Below the pieces are notes generated by a model. The model was not told the origin of the DNA. It saw only the letters and a list, made by a program, of their open reading frames with translations, and did no database searches. DNA of 64,000 bases, from NCBI GenBank assembly GCA_963790475.1, contig CAWBOS010000001.1, positions 32,001 to 96,000 on the forward strand. Reading direction: 5' to 3'. This DNA is from an uncultured delta proteobacterium (lineage in GTDB: Bacteria > Desulfobacterota > RBG-13-43-22). This document shows positions 29,011-37,216 of this stretch, one piece after another. Position 1 is the stretch's first letter, and each line of letters starts with the position of its first letter. The position numbers were made by a program, and so were the translations under genes.

Positions 29011-29823
29011 ATGGAAAAGAAGACCGGCCGAGTACGAGTAACATTGCTTTTGATTGCGGCGGCCGTGTCTCTGGGAGGTTGTCCTATGCAAAACCGGTTT
29101 CTGTATTTTCCCAGTTCGGTACCGCCGTCCGCGAATTCGTTGGCCGCTGAAAACATGAAGCTGTGGCAGAAAACTTCCGCGGATTATCGGGGGTTAATCG
29201 CCAACCATGACCCGCCCGCGCCCAACGGGACCCTTCTTCTTTTTCACGGCAACGGCGGCACCGTCCTGGATAGAGGATTTTATTTGGAGCCTCTTAGGAA
29301 GCTGGGTTTCCGGGTTATTTTGGCCGAATATCCGAAATACGGGGGCCGCCCCGGCAAAGTGGGTGAAAAACCGTTTGTGGCCGACGGCCTGGAATCGGTG
29401 CGATTGGCTTATGAGCAATACGGTGAGCCGCTTTATCTTCTGGGTGAATCGCTGGGCTGTGGTGTTGCCGCCGCTATTGCCAAACACACTTCCGTTCCCA
29501 TAACCGGCATGGTATTAATTACCCCCTGGGATACGCTGGCCGCCGTCGCCAAATCAATGTTTCCCTATCTGCCGATGACCCTGCTGCTTACCGATAAGTA
29601 TGACAGCATCGCCAATCTTCAATCGTTCAAAGGAAAAATTTCGGTGATCGGTGCCGAGCGGGATGAAATCCTGCCTATCCGTCACGCCCGCCATTTATAT
29701 CAGTCTCTGCCTGAAGGTAAAAAAAGGATGTGGGTTATCAAGGGGGCAGGCCATAACGACTGGCCTTTTTACGCAGGGGCGTCTTTCTGGAAAGAAATGA
29801 CCGATTTTGTTAAAATCAATTAA
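29011..29823 (+). CDS. Alpha/beta hydrolase, probable lipoprotein
   Basis: Lipobox LGGC, FHGNGG, GESLG nucleophile, DEILP, GHND. Confidence 0.88.
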   Translation: MEKKTGRVRVTLLLIAAAVSLGGCPMQNRFLYFPSSVPPSANSLAAENMKLWQKTSADYRGLIANHDPPAPNGTLLLFHGNGGTVLDRGFYLEPLRKLGFRVILAEYPKYGGRPGKVGEKPFVADGLESVRLAYEQYGEPLYLLGESLGCGVAAAIAKHTSVPITGMVLITPWDTLAAVAKSMFPYLPMTLLLTDKYDSIANLQSFKGKISVIGAERDEILPIRHARHLYQSLPEGKKRMWVIKGAGHNDWPFYAGASFWKEMTDFVKIN

Positions 29824-29923
29824 ATCAGCCAGCGGAGGAACAGGCGGGACGATGTTCACTTCATTCAAAGTTGCCGTACCCTCCGCTTCCCGGCTAATGG
29901 TGTCGCGTTGTCCGGAGCTGATT

Positions 29924-30628
29924 TTATTCCCGACCCATCAGTATCTTGAGATGCTTGACCACCGGTGGTAAAACCTCACCGACCTGTTCGTGGAATCGTA
30001 AATGGGCCATGGAGTCAAAAGGGGTTTCCCCGGCATTGATGATGGCCAATTTGGCTCCGACCCTGAGGGCCTCCAAAGGCATATCGGCGGCCGGCGTCAC
30101 CACCAGACTGGAGCCGACGACCACAAAGAGATCGCTTTTGGTCGCCTGTTCAAAAGAAAGGGAAAGATCCTTGGCCGGGAGAGACTGGCCGAAATCAACC
30201 ACACTGGAGACCAAGGCCCCCCCGCAGTCGCACATCTTTTTTTCCAGCGACCGGTCGTAAGTCCGTTGACATTTTCGGCAACGCACCCGGCTGATGTTGC
30301 CGTGCAATTCGGCCAAGAGGTCAAAGGGAATGCCCGATTTCAGATGAAGATTATCCACGTTTTGGGAAATCAGGAATTTAAGTTTCCCCATTTTCTGCAA
30401 TTCCACCAGGGCCATATGCCCGCTGTTGGGATCGGCCTTATCCCAGGGTTGGTCCTCGGTCCTTGGCGGAAGTCCTTTGTCCCGCCGCGTCCAAAGCCCT
30501 TCCGGCCCCCGAAAATCAGGGAGCCCCGACTCCGTGCTGATTCCCGCTCCGGTGAAAAAAACCGGATAACGGGCCTTGAATAACATTTTGGCCAGAGTTT
30601 CTATCCGTTTTTCCAGGTCATTCGACAT
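29924..30628 (-). CDS. Sir2-family NAD-dependent deacylase
   Basis: GAGISTESGLPDFRG, SQNVDNLH, ELHGN, CxxC...CxC, GSSLVVTPAA. Confidence 0.93.
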   Translation of the reverse strand: MSNDLEKRIETLAKMLFKARYPVFFTGAGISTESGLPDFRGPEGLWTRRDKGLPPRTEDQPWDKADPNSGHMALVELQKMGKLKFLISQNVDNLHLKSGIPFDLLAELHGNISRVRCRKCQRTYDRSLEKKMCDCGGALVSSVVDFGQSLPAKDLSLSFEQATKSDLFVVVGSSLVVTPAADMPLEALRVGAKLAIINAGETPFDSMAHLRFHEQVGEVLPPVVKHLKILMGRE

Positions 30629-30784
30629 ACGCACCTCACGTTGGCAGTGAATCATTGAGAGTAGTTTTTTCAGCCGGAAGGATTACAAATAGTTTAAAAT
30701 ATGGAATCTGCCCATAATAAAAAAATAAATAACGGGGGAAGGGCCCAGAATGATTTCTGCGGCCCCGGATAAAGGGAGGAAGAG

Positions 30785-31540
30785 ATGAAGGTGGTCTACC
30801 ATGAAGAGTATAACCAGATTTATTCCACTGACCCCGCTTCGGCCCCGGAAAGAATCCGGGTCATCGAGACGGAACTGCAGGGGAAAGTCCAGTTTGTAAC
30901 CCCTGTGGCGGCGACAGTGGAGGATATTCTCCTGGCCCACACACCGGAGCATATCCAATCCGTCAAACAGGAGGGCGTCTATGAGATAGCCGCCCTGGCC
31001 ACGGGCGGCGCCCTCCTGGCTGCCCGGATCGGTTTGACCGAACCCTGTTTTGCCCTGATTCGTCCGCCGGGTCACCACGCTTCTGCCTCAAGCGCCTGGG
31101 GTTTTTGTTATTTTAACAATATGTCCATCGCCCTCGAAAGATTGAAAGCGGAGGGGAAAATCAAAAAAGCCTTTATTCTGGATTTCGATCTGCACTTCGG
31201 GGATGGGAATGTCAACATTCTGGGCGGCCGTGGATATGTGACGATCCTGAATCCCTCGTCGTCAGACCGCAGCCAATATTTAAAGAGCGTGGAAGATTCC
31301 CTGGCCCGAACTGATGCCGATATGATCGCTGTTTCCGCCGGATTCGATAATCATGAAGCGGACTGGGGAGGGCTGCTCAGAACCTCGGATTATACCTTCA
31401 TGGGCAGACTGGTCAGGGAGACCGCCCTAAGGAATAAGGGCGGCTGTTTCGGCATCCTCGAGGGAGGCTACAATCATGATGTTCTGGGTAAGAATGTGCT
31501 GGCCTTTATCGAAGGGCTGTCCACACCGGAGGGGAAGTGA
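30785..31540 (+). CDS. Zn-dependent histone deacetylase-family protein
   Basis: RPPGHH, GFCYFNN, DFDLHFGDG, SAGFD, LEGGY. Confidence 0.93.
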   Translation: MKVVYHEEYNQIYSTDPASAPERIRVIETELQGKVQFVTPVAATVEDILLAHTPEHIQSVKQEGVYEIAALATGGALLAARIGLTEPCFALIRPPGHHASASSAWGFCYFNNMSIALERLKAEGKIKKAFILDFDLHFGDGNVNILGGRGYVTILNPSSSDRSQYLKSVEDSLARTDADMIAVSAGFDNHEADWGGLLRTSDYTFMGRLVRETALRNKGGCFGILEGGYNHDVLGKNVLAFIEGLSTPEGK

Positions 31541-31551
31541 CGTCTTGACTG

Positions 31552-31838
31552 ATGCCTGAACTTAAATAATGACCGGGAAACCTGCTGGCCCTCATCAGCG
31601 GCCTGACCTTCGCGGTCTTGGCCGTTTTCTTGCGTAAACAAAAAGACGAATCGGCCTTGGAATCCGTTTTGATAGGTAACCTGGTCACGGCCCTGATCGG
31701 CTTGCCCTTCATGTTTCAAGGCTCCCCCGAGAAAAGCCGGGGCCGTGGGTGCTGATTGGCGGCGCGATTGTCCTGATTGCGGTCACCGGCCGATCCCTGG
31801 TGAAGACTGCTTACCCGGAGTCAAGGCCCTCAAACTGA
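31552..31838 (+). pseudogene. Internally deleted EamA/DMT transporter gene
   Basis: GNLLALISGLTFAVLAVFLRKQK...LIGLPF joined out of frame to EKPGPWVLIGGAIVLIAVT...stop. Confidence 0.75.
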
Positions 31839-31858
31839 GAAAAATAGGGAAATTGGTC

Positions 31859-31887
31859 TTGATTCCTGATTCATCTTGTTTTATGCT
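31859..31887 (+). promoter_or_regulatory. Sigma70-like promoter, divergent module A copy
   Basis: TTGATT-N17-TATGCT-CTTCCC. Confidence 0.5.
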
Positions 31888-31915
31888 CTTCCCATCAAAA
31901 CCAAAGTCCTATCCC

Positions 31916-32956
31916 ATGAAGCGAATATTCTCTTTCATTTTGCTTTTGTTGTTCCTGACGCCTGGCGGGGCGCAATCTGATGACAGGACGCCTTCATCTC
32001 CGGGAGCCTGGAGTTTCTACATTGAAAATGACACGGTGGCCAATACCGACCGCGATTACACCAGCGGGTTGAAGCTCAGCTGGACTTCCCGTTGGATTCC
32101 CGCCCCGGGAACAGAATCGGATGACCAAGACAAGAAGGGCTGGGTTCCCTCGGCCCTGAATAAGTTCCCTTTTTTCAACACGCCCGGAGATCGAAGGGCC
32201 CTTTCGATATCGATCGGCCAGGTTATCTATACGCCGGAAGACCTCACCCGCAGTGACCTGATTGTGAATGATCGTCCCTATGCGGGATACACCTGGTTGG
32301 GCTTTGCGATACAAAGAACCAACCAAAAAATAATGGATACCCTCGAATTGAATATCGGAATGGTGGGCCCCCACTCTTACGCGGAATATGTCCAGGAAGG
32401 GGTTCACGAATGGCTGGGTGATAAGGAGCCCCAAGGTTGGAATAATCAATTGAAAGACGAGTTCTCTCTGGAGCTGATTTATGAGCGCAGATGGAAGCTT
32501 TGGACATCAAAGCTGGGGCATGGATTTGGCTACGATTTCATCCCCCATCTTGGCGGAAGATTTGGAAATGTCTACGTCTACGGAAATACCGGAGCGGAGT
32601 TACGGTTCGGTTGGAATCCGCCCGGGGACTTCGGAACCTGCCCGATTCGTCCGGGCTGTGAAAGTAACGCTTCAACTGATCCGGAGAACGACCGCGGCCG
32701 CTCCTTCGGGATCCATGCCTTTCTCAGCGTCGATGGGCGTGCTGTCCTGCGGGACATCTTTCTGGACGGAAATACCTGGGTAGACAGCCACAGTGTGGAT
32801 AAAAATTATTTTGTCGCCGACCTGGGGGCAGGCATAGGGATCTCAACCAAACTATTCAAGCTGACCTACGGACTTATTTACAGGACGAAGGAATTCAAAA
32901 GTCAACCCTCCAACGGTCAGGTATTCGGGACCTTGCTCATTACTTTCTACCTGTAG
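31916..32956 (+). CDS. Lipid A 3-O-deacylase LpxR-like outer-membrane protein (DUF2219)
   Basis: Signal peptide MKRIFSF..., ENDT...DRDYTSG, DRPYAG, GWNNQL, DIFLDGN, TKEF. Confidence 0.85.
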   Translation: MKRIFSFILLLLFLTPGGAQSDDRTPSSPGAWSFYIENDTVANTDRDYTSGLKLSWTSRWIPAPGTESDDQDKKGWVPSALNKFPFFNTPGDRRALSISIGQVIYTPEDLTRSDLIVNDRPYAGYTWLGFAIQRTNQKIMDTLELNIGMVGPHSYAEYVQEGVHEWLGDKEPQGWNNQLKDEFSLELIYERRWKLWTSKLGHGFGYDFIPHLGGRFGNVYVYGNTGAELRFGWNPPGDFGTCPIRPGCESNASTDPENDRGRSFGIHAFLSVDGRAVLRDIFLDGNTWVDSHSVDKNYFVADLGAGIGISTKLFKLTYGLIYRTKEFKSQPSNGQVFGTLLITFYL

Positions 32957-33197
32957 ATTCCCCCGTGGACTTGTTGCCCTTGGGGCCAAATCTTTAACCT
33001 TGACCATTCCTGCCGTTTCTCCTCGCCCTCGGCCCCCGGATTGTCCCCCCCCCAAGTAAATCATTTTTCAATGAGAAATACCCTCAAAGCCGTATTCACT
33101 TTTTGGCCGGTTTTTTCAAAATATCCTTCATCATCGATGAAGGGAGCACTATTTTGAAAAAGAGCATCTTGTTTTTAGGTCTCCTGGTCGGTTGTCT

Positions 33198-33310
33198 GAT
33201 CTTTATTATCGACTGAATGAAATCCATATCGAAATCCCCCCGTTGAGAAAAAGAAGATCGGACATACCCATCCTGACGAACTATAGAAACAGCAGCGAAA
33301 AAATATGAGC
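33198..33310 (+). pseudogene. Fragment of a sigma54-dependent AAA+ activator gene
   Basis: [29 protein letters not shown], matching the NtrC-family DLYYRLN...PPLRER.EDIP motif. Confidence 0.75.
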
Positions 33311-33443
33311 CATTAAAACCCATTTAATTTATTAGATAATTGCTAATTCAGATAACGGTCGGCTTCGGGAAAAGTTTTTTTGCAGGGATCGCACATTATT
33401 AAGTTAAAACCCCTGAATCCCTCGTGCTGGAGCAAGGGGTTAT

Positions 33444-34445
33444 TTATTCCTGGATATTAACCTTTCTTAGAAAGGCAGCATCCTTCTCTGGGGACTGGAT
33501 GTTAATATACATACCCGACCCCAGTTCAAAACCGGCCACCTTGGTGATTCTTGGGACTATAACAAAATAAAAATGAAAGAATTCATTCTTGCCCAGGGGA
33601 TCGGGTATGGAACGGAGGACAAGATTATAGTCGGGGTTTTCCAGGCCGAAATATAATCTTTTAAGTACTTCCTTCAGAACCCGGGACAGATCCTCTAATT
33701 CCATATCGGAGATGGATTCAAAGGAGGCCATATGCCGTTTCGGAAAGATCCAGATATGAAAGGGTGAGAGGGCCGCATAGGGAACAAAGGCGATGAAGTG
33801 ATCACTTTCTGAAATGATTCGTTCCCGATCCTTGAGTTCGTCTGAAGCAACTTTGCAATATAGGCACTCACCGGTCTCCTCGATATACCTCTTCGACTCT
33901 TCGATCCTGTACCCAATCTGCGGTGGAATAACCGGAGTGCCGACTATCTGAGAGTGGGGATGCTCAAGAGTCGTCCCAGCCCAGGTCCCATGGTTTTCAA
34001 AAAGGATAACCATTTTAATCCGGAGGTCCTGGTAAAAAAGCTGATACATATACTTATAGGTCCTGATCAGATCATGGAAGGCCCCTGGTGAAAGCAAGGC
34101 TGGCGGGGTATTGTGAAGAGGGGTCTCTATAATGACATCATGGAGGCCCACCCCGGCCATGGTGCGTTTGATACCGGAAATCCGCCACTCTAAAGGTCCT
34201 TCCCGAACTAAGGCTGAAAATTTATTCGGGATGGAACGAACCTTCCAGGTTTCGGTAGTGCCTACCCGAAAGGTTTCCGGAGGGGTCATGTGCTCGTTAC
34301 CTGGACAGAAGGGGCAGCCATCCTTATAATCAGGCAGAAGTTTTCCTCTCCCTTCTTTTTTAATATAATCCTCAAAGCGTTTGGCCCTCTCAGGGGCAAT
34401 AATCACCCAATCCCTGGTTACCAGATTAAATCGGAGTTCGGACAT
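33444..34445 (-). CDS. galT: Galactose-1-phosphate uridylyltransferase
   Basis: ERAKR, CPFCPGNE, PNKF, HPHSQ active-site motif, AGFELGSG. Confidence 0.93.
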   Translation of the reverse strand: MSELRFNLVTRDWVIIAPERAKRFEDYIKKEGRGKLLPDYKDGCPFCPGNEHMTPPETFRVGTTETWKVRSIPNKFSALVREGPLEWRISGIKRTMAGVGLHDVIIETPLHNTPPALLSPGAFHDLIRTYKYMYQLFYQDLRIKMVILFENHGTWAGTTLEHPHSQIVGTPVIPPQIGYRIEESKRYIEETGECLYCKVASDELKDRERIISESDHFIAFVPYAALSPFHIWIFPKRHMASFESISDMELEDLSRVLKEVLKRLYFGLENPDYNLVLRSIPDPLGKNEFFHFYFVIVPRITKVAGFELGSGMYINIQSPEKDAAFLRKVNIQE

Positions 34446-34476
34446 AACTTGCCCTCCTTAACCTGAAGATAAAACC

Positions 34477-34510
34477 AAAAACCCCATCTCTCTTTTGAAA
34501 AATGGGGTTT
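34477..34510 (-). terminator. Terminator-like hairpin in the galT 5' leader
   Basis: ACCCCATTTTTC-AAAA-GAGAGATGGGGT followed by a U-rich run; near-identical hairpin at 63431-63462. Confidence 0.5.
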
Positions 34511-34725
34511 CCAAGGTTCTCCACATTTGCTTACCTCCCTTTAGGGTTAAGAGGCATTGCTGGAAGACGAGTTTCCTTAATTATCAGGTCATTGAATGGA
34601 TCACATTATACATGTTTTTGCGAGCCACAAACAGGAGATTTTTCATCATGAGGCGACCAATAATTTGGAGAGGGTCCTTAAACTCTTATCACTTGAAATC
34701 ATTCAAAATTGGTCAAAAGTCAAAA

Positions 34726-34854
34726 CAAGAGCCTGATCAGGTTCGCGCTACCCTTATGCCGGATCTTGCCCAGGCAGTAAGCAGGCACCTCCTGGACTTA
34801 TCCCGGAGTAAGATAAGCCCCCGGTTCTGACATCATCTGATTCATTTCTACACC
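34726..34854 (-). mobile_element. Probable group II intron domain I fragment (bacterial class D-like)
   Basis: Minus strand GATGTCAGAACCGGGGG...CCGGGATAAGTCC...GCCTGCTTACTG...CCGGCATAAGGGTAGCGCGAAC...AGGCT resembles recalled RmInt1-type domain I; no RT ORF or domain V seen. Confidence 0.55.
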
Positions 34855-34931
34855 TATCCTTACTCTGCGGACTATACCGAGGGAGAGGGCGCCCGTAGTA
34901 GAATTGGGATCGAAACCTTGAAGTAAAGGGG

Positions 34932-36197
34932 TTAAGATTTTTTCGTCCTCCGGCGGGGAAGGAAAAAGGCGCAGCCGACGGCAGCGAAAGCTATCAGAGC
35001 CGTAGTAAAAAAGCTGGAACGATAGGAGCCGCTGATATCGAAAATATATCCGGCCAGAACCGGACCGGTAGCGCTGGAGACCATGATCAGGGGGGACATG
35101 ATACCCTGGATTTTGGCAAAGGCCGCCCGCCCGAAATACTCGGCACGAATGGCCGGATCCAGCGGGATGGTACCCCCGTATCCGATTCCGAACAGAGCAA
35201 TAAAGAGGAAAGTTACCGGCATGGTATGGGCTACCATAAGAACCAGAGTGCCGGAGCTGACCATTGCGTAACAGACCATAAACAGGGCCCGTTTCTCCAC
35301 CCGGTCTCCCAAATAACCGAAAAGCAGCCGGCCGACAATACTGACCGCCATAACCAGACCAAGACTGAAGGCGGCTAAGGCCAGAGGAAGGCCCGCGTCG
35401 GTCAACGCCGGTACGGCATGAACGACAACCACCGATTGGGCCATCCCCTGGAAAAAGAAGCCACCCACCAATAGCCAGAAGCGGCGGGATAAAAGGGCCT
35501 GCCTCAGGGTAAAGTCCATTTGAGCAGGGGTGTCTTCGGACGAATCATCCGGACCGCCGACAGGCGGTAGGTCCGGTTCGGGTTCGTCGCCATCCATGAG
35601 TAATCCTTTTTCCGCCGGAGAGTTCCGGATTACCAGGGTTAAGGGCAAAACCACAGCCCAGATTACCAGACCAGTCACTACGAAGGCCATCCGCCAGCCG
35701 AAACGGCTGATAAGCAGGGCCGAGGCCGGAGCGCATATGAGGCCGCCAACACCGGCCCCCACGGACATCAGCGATAAGGCCAGTGACAGCCGACGCACGA
35801 ACCATTTGGCGATCACGGTAAAGGCCGACAGGTAAAGCATGGCCCCCATACCGATAGATAGAATCACCCCGTTGATCAGGTAAAAACTCCACAGGGAGTT
35901 CACGAAATACATCAGCACGAATCCCAGGCCGCAGAGGATCGCTCCGCCGATGATAACCACCCGCCCGCCGTACTTGTCGATCACCCAGCCCAGGATGGGC
36001 GAGGCGATCCCTCCCTGGATGCTGCGCAGGGAGTAAGCACCGGCGGTCATGGCCCGGGACCAACCGAACTCAGCCATCATCGGTTTGAAGAAGACCCCAA
36101 AGCTGTATAACCAGGTCCCGTATCCCAGGCCGCAGATGATGCCCGTGGACAGGACGATCCACCAGCCGTAAAAGATCTTTTTTTTAGCTAATCCCAT
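34932..36197 (-). CDS. MFS transporter (OFA/monocarboxylate-like)
   Basis: FYGWWIV, GWVIDKYGGR, KWFVRR, GYLGDR, EYFGRAAF; about 12 TM helices. Confidence 0.92.
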   Translation of the reverse strand: MGLAKKKIFYGWWIVLSTGIICGLGYGTWLYSFGVFFKPMMAEFGWSRAMTAGAYSLRSIQGGIASPILGWVIDKYGGRVVIIGGAILCGLGFVLMYFVNSLWSFYLINGVILSIGMGAMLYLSAFTVIAKWFVRRLSLALSLMSVGAGVGGLICAPASALLISRFGWRMAFVVTGLVIWAVVLPLTLVIRNSPAEKGLLMDGDEPEPDLPPVGGPDDSSEDTPAQMDFTLRQALLSRRFWLLVGGFFFQGMAQSVVVVHAVPALTDAGLPLALAAFSLGLVMAVSIVGRLLFGYLGDRVEKRALFMVCYAMVSSGTLVLMVAHTMPVTFLFIALFGIGYGGTIPLDPAIRAEYFGRAAFAKIQGIMSPLIMVSSATGPVLAGYIFDISGSYRSSFFTTALIAFAAVGCAFFLPRRRTKKS

Positions 36198-36264
36198 TAT
36201 TCCTTAACTATCCGTTTTTTTCCGCCGCACGATATATTGACTTTCCAGTCCTGCCATCAGAAAG

Positions 36265-36457
36265 AAGTAAAAGTGAAAGGATAAAAGTAAAAAAGGATAA
36301 TCGGCGTTCATTTTTTTGCTTTTTACATTTTGCCTTTTTCTTTTTCTTGTCTTATACTCCTAACAGAAAAATAAGTTAAAAGGCAAAAGTAAAAAGTAAA
36401 AAAGAAGCCTCGACCTTAACGACCTTTTCCCTTTTAACTTTTGACTTTTAACTTTTT
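36265..36457. repeat. Two hairpins built from inverted arrays of degenerate 7-bp repeats (AAAAGTA / TTTTAAC)
   Basis: 36265-36296 pairs with 36311-36340; 36373-36404 (AAGTTAAAAGGCAAAAGTAAAAAGTAAAAAAG) pairs with 36424-36454. Confidence 0.75.
36330..36358 (+). promoter_or_regulatory. Sigma70-like promoter, module A-like
   Basis: TTGCCT-N17-TATACT with pyrimidine spacer. Confidence 0.5.
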
Positions 36458-36478
36458 ATTAAAGAAAGATCGGAGGAA

Positions 36479-36838
36479 ATGGCCCTGAGAAGGTTTATCA
36501 TCGAGGTTGGTATGGGTGTTGACCAGCATGGGCAGGATCACACCCGAGCCGCGGAAAGAGCGGTCCAGGATGCTATCCAACGCAGCTGCTTATGCGGCCT
36601 GAGGGAGGTTGCCGGGATTAAAAATCCCGCCGACATGGTGGTAGAAGTTCTGATCGGCTGCCCCAGACCGGAATCTGTGGACGGAGAAAAAGTGCTCAAG
36701 ATCCTTCCCTTCGGTCAGAAAAAGATCGAGGTTCGTCAGGGCGGTCTTCTGGGTAAGACCCTCTTCCAACCCGAACTGGGAGATAAGACAGACGAGATGA
36801 TTGTGGCCAACGCGATTGTGACCGTGTACGTACCGTAA
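36479..36838 (+). CDS. Lin0512-family protein
   Basis: IIEVGMGVDQHGQDHTRAA.RAV.DAI, LPFG, GGL, IVANA. Confidence 0.85.
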   Translation: MALRRFIIEVGMGVDQHGQDHTRAAERAVQDAIQRSCLCGLREVAGIKNPADMVVEVLIGCPRPESVDGEKVLKILPFGQKKIEVRQGGLLGKTLFQPELGDKTDEMIVANAIVTVYVP

Positions 36839-37001
36839 CGATCAAGTCCAAAGAACAAAAGGCGGCCAGGTTGAATTCGTTGTCCGGGTATTTCAGGAAA
36901 TGATTGACCCGGCCGAAATCGGCTTCTTAAATCCGGCTTCGACTGCCAGAAAACGAAAGCAGGATCAGAAAGGGCCCTGCTTCCCGGGCCTTTTATTCTC
37001 C

Positions 37002-37030
37002 TTGACCCCGACTCTTTCTTTCCCTATACT
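37002..37030 (+). promoter_or_regulatory. Sigma70-like promoter, module A copy
   Basis: TTGACC-CCGACTCTTTCTTTCCC(17)-TATACT. Confidence 0.7.
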
Positions 37031-37216
37031 TTTACCATAAAAAATCATTTTGTTAGCAACCGGGCGGCCCGATGAGGCGAGCAATGAAATCGTTCTGGTG
37101 AATTTGTCTGTCTTGATTCCGGTTTCTTTTTTTTAAGAACTGTCGACAACGCGCCCAATCCCTTCCGTCCGGTACCGATGAGTCAGGTGATGCATCTTTA
37201 GAAGGAGTAACCCCAA

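Noticed and set aside
31745-31915. N-terminal extension of the LpxR-like ORF with CxxC
   Set aside because: It overlaps the EamA remnant and a promoter; the signal peptide starts at ATG 31916.
34520-34600. ANTAR dual-hairpin motif in the galT leader
   Set aside because: Candidate AxxG hexaloops lack convincing closing stems.
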